Positions 53,083 through 62,839 of a stretch of 64,000 nt of DNA are shown here, piece after piece. Each line of letters starts with the position of its first letter. The stretch's first letter is position 1. The stretch lies in NCBI GenBank assembly GCA_034521815.1, contig JAXHLW010000013.1:1472001-1536000 (forward strand), in the 5' to 3' direction. The translations under genes were made by a program, and so were the position numbers. Source of the DNA: Trueperaceae bacterium. Its GTDB lineage: Bacteria; Deinococcota; Deinococci; Deinococcales; Trueperaceae. The notes under the pieces were generated by a model. That model ran no database searches. It had not been told where the DNA came from and saw only the letters and a program-made list of their open reading frames with translations.

Positions 53083-54510
53083 TCACGACGGCTCGGGCGC
53101 CGATCCGGGCGACGCGCTGTCGCGGATGTGCGCTTCGAGCTCCGCGTCCGACTCGAACGCGAACGCGTCGGGCGAGGACGGGTCGTCGAGCAGCTGCCCT
53201 GCCGCGAGCACGCCGGCGGCGCTCCACGTCTGGCGCAACCGAGCGTAACGGCCCACCAGGCCGCCCAGCGGACCGTCGTAGTACTCCGGCCAGTCGTCGC
53301 GTCGGAGCCGCTCGGCGCCGCGCGCGACGGCGTCCCGCAGCCAGTCCACGTCGCCGACGCGCCTGCCGGCCTGCGCCAGCGACCACATCAGGAACGGCCA
53401 GCTGCCACCGTTGTGGTAGGACCATGCCCGGTTCTTGGGGTCGGCCCCGGTGACCATGCGCCAGGCGTCGTTCTCGAGGGCGGGGTGGACCAGCTTCATG
53501 GGAACGACGCCCAGCAGGTCCTCCTGGTGCGCTTCCACCAGCGCGAACAGCGCCCGTCCCTGCTCCTCGGTCGCCAGCCCGCCGGCCACGGCCAGCAGGT
53601 TGCCGAGCGCGAAGAAGCGGAAGTCCATCCGTGCGGGGCCGAGGTTGCCGGCGAAGTAGCCGCCGCCCCGCTGGAGCCAGCGCATCGCCCAGGTGGGGAT
53701 GGTGTCGGGGTAGATGTTGAAGCGGTTGGACGCGCTGTCGCCGAACTGCTCGACGCCGAAGCGGTACAGCGCGCCCAGCCGCTCCTCGTCCAGCCAGTAG
53801 CTCCATCGGACGTGCCAGCCGAGCTGGCCCAAGCGACGCAGCACGGCCGGCTGCATCGCGTGGTCGCTCGGGAGCAGCTCGCGCGCCGCCCGGAGCGCCG
53901 CGAAGAACAGGGCCTGCACGTCCAGCGGATGGCCGTACACGCCCATGCGGCGGTCGATCATGCCGGCGCCGTCGGGCACGAGCAGGGTCGGCACCATCTC
54001 GAAGCGGGGCGCGAGGTAGAGGCGGAGGATGCGCTCGATCGCCTCGATCGTCTCGGGCTCCCGCGTGAGCGCCCGGTCGCCGGCGGCGCGCTGGTAGGCG
54101 CGCAGCACCAGCAGCCACCACAGCGCGGCGTCCACCGGCGTGACGCGGGCGATCGCCCGCTGACCGTAGTCCGCCACCACGCGCTCGCCGTTCTCGGCCG
54201 CGTCGATTCGGAACGAGGCCGGCATCAGGCCGGGGCTGGGTCGGACGCAGTCGATGTCGTGATCGTGCGCCTGCAGCGAGCGCAGGGTCGTCAGGAAACC
54301 CCGAACGATCTCGTGGTCGCCGCGCCCCAGCAGCGCCGCGGCCGCCACCGCGAAGTCGCGCGTGAAGCACTCACGGTAGTTGAGACCATCGTCGGCCGTG
54401 TCCTCGACGCTGGCGCACAGGCCGATCGGCGCCCCACGCAGGTGCATCCGACCGGCGTCGAGCACCGACCAGGCGCTCTCGACCACGTCGGCGGGGAGGA
54501 GCTCAGCCAC
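53083..54510 (-). CDS. Alkaline/neutral invertase (GH100)
   Basis: CFTRDF, GLMPASF, DYGQRAIARV.PVD..LWW, DGAGMIDRRMGVYGHP, RMDFRFF, WSYHNGGSWP, WPEYYDG, QTWS. Confidence 0.93.
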   Translation of the reverse strand: MAELLPADVVESAWSVLDAGRMHLRGAPIGLCASVEDTADDGLNYRECFTRDFAVAAAALLGRGDHEIVRGFLTTLRSLQAHDHDIDCVRPSPGLMPASFRIDAAENGERVVADYGQRAIARVTPVDAALWWLLVLRAYQRAAGDRALTREPETIEAIERILRLYLAPRFEMVPTLLVPDGAGMIDRRMGVYGHPLDVQALFFAALRAARELLPSDHAMQPAVLRRLGQLGWHVRWSYWLDEERLGALYRFGVEQFGDSASNRFNIYPDTIPTWAMRWLQRGGGYFAGNLGPARMDFRFFALGNLLAVAGGLATEEQGRALFALVEAHQEDLLGVVPMKLVHPALENDAWRMVTGADPKNRAWSYHNGGSWPFLMWSLAQAGRRVGDVDWLRDAVARGAERLRRDDWPEYYDGPLGGLVGRYARLRQTWSAAGVLAAGQLLDDPSSPDAFAFESDAELEAHIRDSASPGSAPEPS

Positions 54511-54694
54511 GACCGCAACGCCCGCCGCCGTCGCTGGTCACGCCGCTCGTCCGGTCTCGGAACGGCACGAACAGGCCTCCCCCGTAGCCGATCGGCCAAA
54601 TTACCGTCATGACGCCAACGCTACCGCGCCGGCCCCGCTGTAGGCGCCGACCAGCAACGCCAGGACCATCAGCTGCGCAAGGAGACGAACGCAT

Positions 54695-54738
54695 GGCACG
54701 ACCGTGCGCACCGACGTCTCGAGCCCTCCCCCGCTCTC
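54695..54738 (+). repeat. 44-bp direct repeat, copy 2
   Basis: Matches 47302-47345; lies directly after the aldolase stop codon. Confidence 0.9.
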
Positions 54739-54739
54739 C

Positions 54740-55765
54740 CTACGGCTCGTACGCCCCGCTGCTGGCCGCGGCGGTCATCCGCGCCCGCTCGAGGAAGGCT
54801 CGCTGGGCCCGCTCGACGTTCGCGGACTCCCCACGCCACGCCTGCTGCGGCGCCGACTGCAAGCCACGGCCGTAGGAGAACGTCAGGCGCCAGGGCGCGC
54901 CGACGTCCCACGCCATGCGGTTGATCGCGTCGAGGTTGACGGTCGCCTCCTCGTCGCCCTGACCGCCCGACAGGAAGGCGACGCCAGGGACCGCAGCGGG
55001 AACCGTGCGCAAGAAGCAGGTGAGCGTCATCTCGGCGACGGTCTCCGGTCCGGCCCGGTCGCTGGCCTCGGAGCCCGACAGCACCATGTTCGGCTTCAAG
55101 ATCATCCCCTCGAGGTCCACCCCCTGCTGCGCGAGCTGATGGAAGACCTCGCGCAACGTCGCCTCGGTCGCATCGAAGCAGGCATCGATGTCGTGGTCGC
55201 CGTCCATCAGCACCTCGGGCTCGACGATCGGTACCAGCCCCGCCTCTTGCGCCAACGCTGCGTAGCGCGCAAGGGCGTGCGCGTTCACGTCCACGGCGTA
55301 GCCGGTGGGACGATCGTCACCGATATGCAGCACCGCGCGCCACTTCGTGAACCGCGCGCCCAGGTCACGGTACTCGGCCAGCCGCTCTCGCAGGCCGTCG
55401 AGGCCCTCGGTGACCGTCTCGTCGGGCGCGCCGGCCAGCGGCTTGGCGCCGGCGTCGACCTTGATGCCCGGGATCACCCCGCGACGCTGCAGCAGCTCCA
55501 CGAACGGCGTGCCGTCCGCCGTCCGCTGCCGGATCGTCTCGTCGAACAGGATGACCCCGCTCACGTACGACTCGAACCCCTCGGTGGTGAACAGCAGCTC
55601 CCGGTAGGCGCGACGGTTCTCCTCCGTGTTCTCGACACCGATGGGCTCGAACCGGCGCCCGATGGTGCCGTTGCTCTCGTCCGCCGCGAGGATGCCCTTG
55701 CCCTCGACCATCAGGTCTTCGGCCGTGCTCCAGAGGCCTTGAATGCGTTCGATCTCGTTGTCCAT
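54740..55765 (-). CDS. Class I fructose-bisphosphate aldolase (eukaryote-type family)
   Basis: GKGILAADES, ENRRAYRELL, PGIKVD, KWRAV, VPIVEPE, LKPNMV, FLSGGQ, FSYGRGLQ. Confidence 0.95.
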   Translation of the reverse strand: MDNEIERIQGLWSTAEDLMVEGKGILAADESNGTIGRRFEPIGVENTEENRRAYRELLFTTEGFESYVSGVILFDETIRQRTADGTPFVELLQRRGVIPGIKVDAGAKPLAGAPDETVTEGLDGLRERLAEYRDLGARFTKWRAVLHIGDDRPTGYAVDVNAHALARYAALAQEAGLVPIVEPEVLMDGDHDIDACFDATEATLREVFHQLAQQGVDLEGMILKPNMVLSGSEASDRAGPETVAEMTLTCFLRTVPAAVPGVAFLSGGQGDEEATVNLDAINRMAWDVGAPWRLTFSYGRGLQSAPQQAWRGESANVERAQRAFLERARMTAAASSGAYEP

Positions 55766-55928
55766 GAGGGGCTCCCTTTCCGTGCGGCGAGAGGCGGGCG
55801 GCGCTTCGGTGCGGTCTTCGTCGAGGATAGCCCTCGCCCGAACGAGCACCGGCGCACGCCCGTCGCTTGGCACCTCCATGCGACTGGGCCAGCCGTCTCG
55901 GCAGGAACGTCGAGCCGGCGATCCGGCG

Positions 55929-56681
55929 TCAGAACAGATCGTCTGCCAACGGCTCGTTGATCCGGACGTCCTCGTAACGGATGGTGGCGATGCGCTCGGC
56001 GTCCGATCCCTGCAGCCGGTAGAGGACGGCGTTGCGGCCGACCGCGGGACTGCCGGCCACGGGTTCGTCGAACACCATCGCCATGGTGCCTTCGCTGCTG
56101 TCGCTGACCACCGCGAGCAGCCCTCCGGCGTCGCCGAACACGAAACGCGTCGCCTCGCCCTGGTCCAGGCCCGCCACTCGCGCCTCGCCCCGCACGGTCA
56201 CCTGATCGCCCGAGACGACGTCGGCGTACGAGACGGCGCCGTCGAAACTGGCGGACTCGATGCCCGCGAGCGGGTCGTTCGGATCGCCGGCGAAGATGTC
56301 GCCGAACTGCTCGCCCAGCTCGGGCGGCAGGGGCACGGTCATGCCGCTCACGATCATCTGCATCTGCCCGTCGGCGACCACGATCGTGGCGCTCATGCCG
56401 GGCGCGACCTCGGTGTCGATCCGGGCGCGCCTGCCGGCGTAATCGATGACGGTCCGACTCCGCACCTCGGTGCCGCCCTGGGCGTCCAGCGTCATGACGG
56501 TGGTCTGATCGAGGGTCTCGATCGTGTCGACCGTGGTGGGCTGCAGGCCGGCGAGCAGCTCGCGAGCACGATCGTCGATCTGCGCCGTCGCGATCGAACC
56601 CAACGTCGCGAAGGCGACGAGGAGGGTGACGAGACGGATGACGTGGAACGGTCGCGGGTGGTTCGTCGTTGGTGTCGGCAT
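55929..56681 (-). CDS. Exported hypothetical protein (beta-rich, LolA-like architecture possible)
   Basis: Signal peptide ending ATA-Q; acidic beta-rich body ending INEPLADDLF. Confidence 0.6.
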   Translation of the reverse strand: MPTPTTNHPRPFHVIRLVTLLVAFATLGSIATAQIDDRARELLAGLQPTTVDTIETLDQTTVMTLDAQGGTEVRSRTVIDYAGRRARIDTEVAPGMSATIVVADGQMQMIVSGMTVPLPPELGEQFGDIFAGDPNDPLAGIESASFDGAVSYADVVSGDQVTVRGEARVAGLDQGEATRFVFGDAGGLLAVVSDSSEGTMAMVFDEPVAGSPAVGRNAVLYRLQGSDAERIATIRYEDVRINEPLADDLF

Positions 56682-56821
56682 GCGTCATGCTACCGGTCGA
56701 GGCGGCTGCGGTTCCAACGACCCGTCGCACCGCAGCCGATCACATCGTCACCGTGTCGGTGGCCATCGGCCGCCCCGGAGGAGCTTCCCGGTGTGATATC
56801 GTAGAAGGCGTCGATGATACT

Positions 56822-57380
56822 ATGCCTACGCGGAACGCGCCATCGGGCCGCTTCGTGCTCCGTCTACCACCCTGGCTGCACGAGTCCCTACGCGCAGACG
56901 CGGCCGACTCGGGGCTTTCACTGAACGAATATTGCGTGCGTGCCTTGACGACGCCGGGCCGGATCCACGGGACCGGGTGCCAAGGTGGCAGCGCGAGCGC
57001 TCGAGCTGTTCGGGCCACAGCTCGTGAGCGTCATCGTGTACGGCTCGTGGGCGCGCGGGGAGGCGACCGCAGCCTCCGACATCGACCTCCTCGTCGTGCT
57101 CGAAAGCACGACGCCCATCACGCGCGCGACGTACCACGCGTGGGATCGTGACCCGATCGACCACGATGGCCACGCCGTCGAGGTCCACTTCGTCACCGTT
57201 CCCGCCTTGGACGACGAACCGGGAACGGTGTGGCTCGAGGCCGCCCTCGACGGCATCGTGGTGTTCGACCGAGACCAACGGCTCAGACGCTACCTAGCCC
57301 GAGTGCGCCACGGAATCGCCAGCGGCACGGTCGAACGGCGGCGAGCGCACGGCCAACCGTACTGGACGGTCGCGAGCTGA
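56822..57380 (+). CDS. RHH (HicB/Arc-like) domain plus minimal nucleotidyltransferase (MNT), probably one gene frameshifted near 56965
   Basis: SGRFVLRLPP.LH..L...A...GLSLNEYC then YGSWARGEA...SDIDLLVV, HGQPYW. Confidence 0.78.
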
Positions 57381-57760
57381 TGCGCAACCTCGACCTGCGT
57401 TCGACTACGTAGCGCGCGCGCTCGAACTCGGACGCCATCGCTGTCTGTCGGCCAGAGCTGGGCGACTCGTCCGTGAGTCGCAGAGGCGTCGAGCTCATCC
57501 TCAGCCCTGCTGGGCAATCGCCTTCGAGGCCGGGTCCGCGACGTCGGTTGCCACGGCGGCACGCGATAGATCGTCGACGGTCGCTCGCAGTTCATCGATG
57601 GCGCGCAGACGTCTTGCGACAGCTGCGCGCGACCGCGAACTCGCCTTCTACGGCGGCGAGGACCTGTCGCCTGGCGCGTGCTACGCTCAAGCGAATGCGG
57701 ATCGCTGCCCTCGCGTCGGCCCGCTGTGTCGTGCGAACTGGACCGGCGCATGTCACTGGC
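57380..57760 (+). pseudogene. HEPN-domain protein, heavily frameshifted
   Basis: TGATG coupling to MNT; fragments MRN.DL/FDYVARA/VRESQ/DRELAFYGGEDLSP in shifting frames. Confidence 0.6.
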
Positions 57761-57967
57761 GCGACCTGTAACTCCGTCGAGCACCGCGACACCGTGTCAG
57801 GTCGGCCGTTGCGTTCCTCATGCGCACGAGCCTACGGCACGCCAGCGATTGGCGATGGCGAACGCCGAGCCGCCGGCACCTACACGACCGCGCGGTAGCC
57901 TGGCCACACCGCACCTGGGCGTGCACCCATGCGCTGATCGCGTCGCGCTCCGAGGTAGGAGGCCGCC

Positions 57968-58897
57968 ATGAAGTACCGCCGTTTGGGCTCGACCGAGTTC
58001 CCCGTCTCCGTCGTCGGCATCGGAACCTGGCAGTTCGGGGGCGAGTGGGGCCGCGACTACGAGGTAGCCGAGGTGCGAGCCATCCTGGACCGGGCCCGCG
58101 AGCTGGGCATCAACCTCCTCGACACCGCCGAGTGCTACGGCGACCACCTCTCCGAACGGCTGATCGGAGAAGCCATCGAAGGCCGCCGCGACGAGTGGTT
58201 CGTCGCCACCAAGTTCGGCCACCGCTACACGGGCGACTTCCAGCGGGATCAGCTGTGGACGGCGGACGACGTCCTCCGGCAGCTGGACGCCTCGCTGCAG
58301 GCGCTTAGGACCGACTACGTGGACCTCTACCAGTTCCACTCCGGCAGCGACGAAGCGTTCGACGATCCGGAGCTGTGGCAGGCGCTGGCCGACCAGGTGA
58401 AGGCGGGACGCATCCGCCACCTGGGGATCTCGATCGGCAAGAACGACAACGTGCATCAGACGCGCCACGCGCGCGACGTGGGGGCCGAGGCGATCCAGGT
58501 GGTCTACAACCGGCTGGACCGCACGCCCGAGCAGGACGTCTTCCCCGCCTGCCAGAGCCACGACCTGGGCGTGCTGGCCCGCGTGCCGCTGGCCAGCGGG
58601 TACCTGAGCGGCAAGTACCGGCCCGACGCCACCTTCGACGACGCGAGCGACGTCCGCTCCCGGCACGACCCGGAGGACGTCCAGCGCAAGCTCGAGGAGG
58701 CCGAGCGCATTCGCCGCGAGGAGGTGCCCGACGGGGTCGACATGGCCACCTGGGCGCTGGCGTGGTGCCTGCAGCACCCGGCCGTCAGCTGCGTCATCCC
58801 CGGCTGCAAGAGCGTCCAGCAGGTCGAAGCCAACGCGAAGGCGGCCGAGCTCGACCTGGTGCGCGACGACCATCCGCAGGCGGTGGTCCTCGCTTAG
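57968..58897 (+). CDS. Aldo/keto reductase
   Basis: GIGTWQFGG, DTAECYG, ATKFG, TDYVDLYQFH, GRIRHLGIS, VIPGCKS. Confidence 0.93.
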   Translation: MKYRRLGSTEFPVSVVGIGTWQFGGEWGRDYEVAEVRAILDRARELGINLLDTAECYGDHLSERLIGEAIEGRRDEWFVATKFGHRYTGDFQRDQLWTADDVLRQLDASLQALRTDYVDLYQFHSGSDEAFDDPELWQALADQVKAGRIRHLGISIGKNDNVHQTRHARDVGAEAIQVVYNRLDRTPEQDVFPACQSHDLGVLARVPLASGYLSGKYRPDATFDDASDVRSRHDPEDVQRKLEEAERIRREEVPDGVDMATWALAWCLQHPAVSCVIPGCKSVQQVEANAKAAELDLVRDDHPQAVVLA

Positions 58898-58904
58898 CTG
58901 GCGA
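58770..58904 (+). repeat. 135-bp direct repeat, copy 1 (3' end of aldo/keto reductase)
   Basis: Near-identical to 59874-60008. Confidence 0.92.
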
Positions 58905-58976
58905 TTTCCTCGCTACCTCGCCGCAGTCCGGCCTGGTCGGCGACGCGGGGGCCACTCGGTAGCTCCGGTTGGCGCC

Positions 58977-59022
58977 CGACCTCGCCCGGCCGACCCCGTC
59001 CGGCCGACCCCGTCCGGCCGAC
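58977..59022 (+). repeat. 14-bp tandem repeat (about 3 units)
   Basis: cgacctcgcccggc cgaccccgtccggc cgaccccgtccggc cgac. Confidence 0.75.
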
Positions 59023-59027
59023 ATCGC

Positions 59028-59465
59028 CTATGCGAGCCCGTCAGGCCAAGCGCCGAGCGCGGTGGTATGCGCGGCCCTCCACAGGTGGTGGTCGAACGTC
59101 GCCACCGTGACGCGCTCACCCGCCATGTCCTGCCAGAAGAGCGCCGCGGCGAGGTGGACGGCGTCGTAGCCGCGCAATCCATGGTCCCAAGCGACGCCAG
59201 CGGCACGGGCGACGAGCATCTCCGTCATTTGTAGGCGCGCGAGCGCCGTCCACTCGTCGGCGAACGCCCGCAGCGCCTCCTCGGCCTCGCGATGCGGCAC
59301 GACCTTCATGCGGCTGGCCTTGGCGAGTGCAGCAGCCACCTCGGCGCGGCTGATGATCGACGTGCCGACCACCGAAGCCGCGTCGACGAGCGAGGCGACC
59401 TCGTCGGAGCCTGTCTCGGCCACGTAGCGCTTGACGAGCGCGCTGGCGTCGAGGTAGACGATCAC
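59028..59465 (-). CDS. vapC: PIN-domain toxin
   Basis: YLDASALVKRYV.E.GS, E, LRGYDAVHLAAA, TFD..L. Confidence 0.92.
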   Translation of the reverse strand: MIVYLDASALVKRYVAETGSDEVASLVDAASVVGTSIISRAEVAAALAKASRMKVVPHREAEEALRAFADEWTALARLQMTEMLVARAAGVAWDHGLRGYDAVHLAAALFWQDMAGERVTVATFDHHLWRAAHTTALGAWPDGLA

Positions 59466-59737
59466 TCGCGGTCTTCGATGAGCAGGTCGGCCACGCTGCG
59501 CGGTCCGCGGGTGCGCGCCAAGGGTGCGGTGCGCGGGAGCCGCCGCTCGTCCCACTGCAACCAACCGCTTCGCATCATGGCGTCCATACGGTCCTCGATC
59601 GGCGCCACGACGGGGACGATCCGTCCGATGGGAACGCCTCGCTCGGTGATCACGACGGCCTCCCCGGTCTTTGTGAGCCGCAGGTAATGAGAGAGGCGCG
59701 CCTTGAGTTCGCGAACGTTGACGGTGATCTGTTTCAT
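59462..59737 (-). CDS. Phd/YefM-family antitoxin
   Basis: VNVRELKARLSHYL...GE.VVITERG.PIGRIVP; GTGA overlap with PIN gene. Confidence 0.92.
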   Translation of the reverse strand: MKQITVNVRELKARLSHYLRLTKTGEAVVITERGVPIGRIVPVVAPIEDRMDAMMRSGWLQWDERRLPRTAPLARTRGPRSVADLLIEDRE

Positions 59738-59765
59738 CGCCCCTCCCGGTGCCAGATGGCCTAAC

Positions 59766-59794
59766 GTGACTACATCGTATCACGTTGTAGTCAC
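59766..59794. promoter_or_regulatory. Putative TA autoregulatory operator
   Basis: gtgactaca-N11-tgtagtcac perfect inverted repeat upstream of the antitoxin. Confidence 0.7.
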
Positions 59795-59873
59795 TCTCGG
59801 ATCGGTCCGCAGCGCGACACACGGGTCGACAGACGGCGGTCGACACGGCGACGTGCGCACTCGCGTCGGGCCT

Positions 59874-60008
59874 TGCAACACCCGGCCGTCAGCTGCGTGG
59901 TCCCCGGCTGCAAGAGCGTCCAGCAGGTCGAAGCCAACGCGAAAGCGGCCGAGCTCGACCTGGTGCGCGACGACCATCCGCAGGCGGTGGTCCTCGCTTA
60001 GCTAGCGA
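59874..60008 (+). repeat. 135-bp direct repeat, copy 2 (orphan 3' end of aldo/keto reductase)
   Basis: Near-identical to 58770-58904, including the TAG stop. Confidence 0.92.
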
Positions 60009-60075
60009 CCATCCTGAGTACGGCCGACCCGCGACCCGTCACGTCGGATCGACCCTGCCCGCGCCATACTGAAGG

Positions 60076-60414
60076 ATGACCCAAGCACCGCGCACCCCTC
60101 CCTACGTGCTCCATGCCGACCTCGTCCACCGCCTGTCGCCCGTGCCCACCGGCGAGATCGTCAGCGAGCTCCTCCACCACGACGATCACGTGAAGGTGAC
60201 GCTGTTCGGCTGCGCCGATGGAGAGCAGCTCTCGCACCAGATCGCGAGCCGCTCGTTCATCCTCCAGGTCCTCGCGGGCGAGGTGAGGTTGGTGCTCGAC
60301 GGCAAGGTCGTCGTCACCGGCGCCGGCAGCTGGATGCGCATGGCGCCCGGACCGCACGACCCGATCACCGCGGTGGGCGAGGCGATCCTGCTCCTGACCC
60401 TGCTGAAGGACTGA
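60076..60414 (+). CDS. Cupin-domain protein
   Basis: VKVTLF...GEQLSH, ILQVLAGE, M.PG.H.ITA..EAILLLTLLK. Confidence 0.8.
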   Translation: MTQAPRTPPYVLHADLVHRLSPVPTGEIVSELLHHDDHVKVTLFGCADGEQLSHQIASRSFILQVLAGEVRLVLDGKVVVTGAGSWMRMAPGPHDPITAVGEAILLLTLLKD

Positions 60415-60572
60415 GAAGCGGGCCGCAGCTCGAGTGCCGCACGCCCGACGTGCGAGCTCGTACCGCGCGGTGGGCGAATCCGTGCCTGACATGAGGTTCT
60501 CCAAGGGGTAGCCGTTCATGGGCGATCGGTGAAGACCGACCGCGAACGTGGACCACCCCGGAACGGAGCACC

Positions 60573-61497
60573 ATGACACGACCCAGTAACCCACCCAACA
60601 GGACACCCACCGAGCCGCCCGTCCGGACACCCATCGTCTACGACGACGATCAGCTGCCACGGGGCCGGTCCTCGTGGGGTGCGATCATCGCCGGCGTCGT
60701 CGCAGCCTTCGCCGTGATGCTGGTTCTCGAAGTCCTCATGATCTGGTTGGGCCTGTCGGCCATCGATCCGACCCGTGAATCGAACCCGTTCGCCGGCCTT
60801 GGAACCAGCGCGGCGATCAGCTACCTCGTGATCTTGGCGGTCGCTCTGTTCGTCGGCGGTCTGGTCACCGGTCGGCTGGCCAACCGCGTCAACGGATCCG
60901 ACGTCTTCTGGCACGGCTTCCTCACCTGGGCCGTGTTCACGCTCGGCAGCCTCTGGTTCGCGTTCACCGCGGCGGGCGTGCTGGTCAGCGGCACCCTGGG
61001 TGTCGTCGGGAACGCGGTCGGCGCCGTAGGCGGTGGCATTGCCGCGGTCGCGCCCGACCTCGCCGAGACCCAGGCGATGGTCGAGGACCAGCTGGCGCTC
61101 TCCGACGACGTCCTCGACGAGGTCGAACCGCTCTGGACCGATCCGGACGCGCAACAGGAGTTCACCGACCTGATCACCCAGATCTTCGGCGACGGGAACG
61201 CGACGATCGACGGCGCGGACCGCCAGGACATGATCGAACTTCCTGGCCGAGAACTCCGAGCTCACCGAGACCGCAATCGAGTCACGCGTCGACAGCTGGA
61301 TCCAGCGCTTCGAGGAGGCGCAGGCGAGGCTGGCCGAGCTCGAGGAAGACCTTCGCATCGCCGGCGAACAGGCGGCGGAAGCCCTGGCGAACGCGGCGAT
61401 GTGGGCGTTCTTCAGCCTGATCGTGGGTGTGCTGATCACCTGGCTCGGAGCTAGGACGGGCGCCCCCAGCTCGCGAGCCGCGACGACGCGAGCCTAG
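60573..61497 (+). CDS. Multi-pass membrane protein; frameshift near 61240
   Basis: SWGAIIAGVV, GG..TGRLA, HGFLTWA; shifted frame ends ...AAMWAFFSLIVGVLITWLGA...* at 61497. Confidence 0.75.
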
Positions 61498-61685
61498 GGC
61501 CCAAGGCTTCGCAGCTACGGCGTGGGCGGTCGGGGCGCGATGGAGATCGTCGCCTTGCCCTCGAGCACCGCCCGACCGGTCCCGCCCGATGACGCACGAG
61601 CCCCGAACGCCGGATCTGACCCTAGATTCCTCGCCGGGGCTCACGCGTTCCGGTCATGTCCGCGGCGGACCGAACAAGCACGCCG

Positions 61686-61729
61686 TTGACGAGCGGTAAC
61701 GCACGGCCTATTCTTTAGGAACGTTACCG
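61686..61729 (+). promoter_or_regulatory. Sigma70-like promoter with inverted-repeat operator
   Basis: TTGACG-17-TATTCT; cggtaacg (61694) / cgttaccg (61722). Confidence 0.65.
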
Positions 61730-61749
61730 AATGATTCGGGAAGGACGCC

Positions 61750-62829
61750 ATGCGCGCCCCGCGCAGCCACTACCCCGGACGGCCGTCCAAGATCCGCGCC
61801 TACAACCGCTGGCGCGTCATGAAGGCCGTGCGGGACCGGGGCGCCCTCACACGCGCGGACCTCGCCCGACTTCTGCACGTCAGCAAGGTCACGGCGTCGG
61901 CAGTCGCCGCCGGGCTGATCGAGAACGGACAGCTGATCGAGGCCGAGAGGGCCGGGTCGGGCGTCGGCCGCAAGCCGGGCGTGTTGCGGCTGAGCCCCAC
62001 GCTGGGCAGGGTCCTCGCCTTCGACATCGACGCTCACGAGGTGCGCGCCACGATGTCCGACCTGCGCGGCGAGGCCCTGCAGGGAAGCGCCACGCCGCCC
62101 TCGGCGTTCGCGACGGCCGACGATCTCGAGGGACTGCTGGGGGACCTCACGCGCACCATCCGCGAGGCGGCGGACCGCGACGACGCTCCCCTCCGCCATG
62201 TCTCGATCGCCGTTCCCGCCAGCGTCGACCGCGACGGGCGACTTACGAACGCGGGCGTGCCCCGCTACCTGGAGGGAAGCCGCTTCGGAGCCGCGCTGCG
62301 CGAGCGCCGACCCGACGTGCCCGTGCTGTTGGTGAACGACATGAACGCCGCCGCCCTCGCCGAAAGGCGACACGGCGCCGCGAACGACTGGAACGACTTC
62401 GCCCACCTCGGGATCCGCCACAGCGGCATCGGCATGGGGCTGATGCTCGACGGAACCGTGCACCGGGGTCGCGCCGGACAGGCCGGCGAGATCGGCCTGC
62501 TCCGTTTGGACCGCCGCTTCGAGAACCTCGACGCGGTGTTCGCCAACGATGGAAAGGAGGCATTGCACGAGCTGACGACCGTCCTGGCCACCACGTTCAC
62601 GTTGCTCGACCTCGAAGGGTTCGTCCTGCACGCCGACGTCCCGCGGGGCAGGACGTGGCTGGCAGAGCTCGAGGAACGACTGTGCGAGGTGGCGCCTTAC
62701 GAGGTCCCGCTCCGCTCCAGCCGGCTCGGGCCCTTCGCGCCCCTCCACGGCGGCCTCGCCATGGCCCTGGACGCCGCGTGGGCTTCGATCGAACGAGACG
62801 TGACGGGCGTCGCGCCCGCCGCGCCGTGA
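61750..62829 (+). CDS. ROK-family transcriptional regulator
   Basis: TRADLARLLHVSKVTAS HTH, GRKP, VNDMNAAALAE, GIGMGL, AGEIG. Confidence 0.92.
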   Translation: MRAPRSHYPGRPSKIRAYNRWRVMKAVRDRGALTRADLARLLHVSKVTASAVAAGLIENGQLIEAERAGSGVGRKPGVLRLSPTLGRVLAFDIDAHEVRATMSDLRGEALQGSATPPSAFATADDLEGLLGDLTRTIREAADRDDAPLRHVSIAVPASVDRDGRLTNAGVPRYLEGSRFGAALRERRPDVPVLLVNDMNAAALAERRHGAANDWNDFAHLGIRHSGIGMGLMLDGTVHRGRAGQAGEIGLLRLDRRFENLDAVFANDGKEALHELTTVLATTFTLLDLEGFVLHADVPRGRTWLAELEERLCEVAPYEVPLRSSRLGPFAPLHGGLAMALDAAWASIERDVTGVAPAAP

Positions 62830-62839
62830 GGAGATCCGC

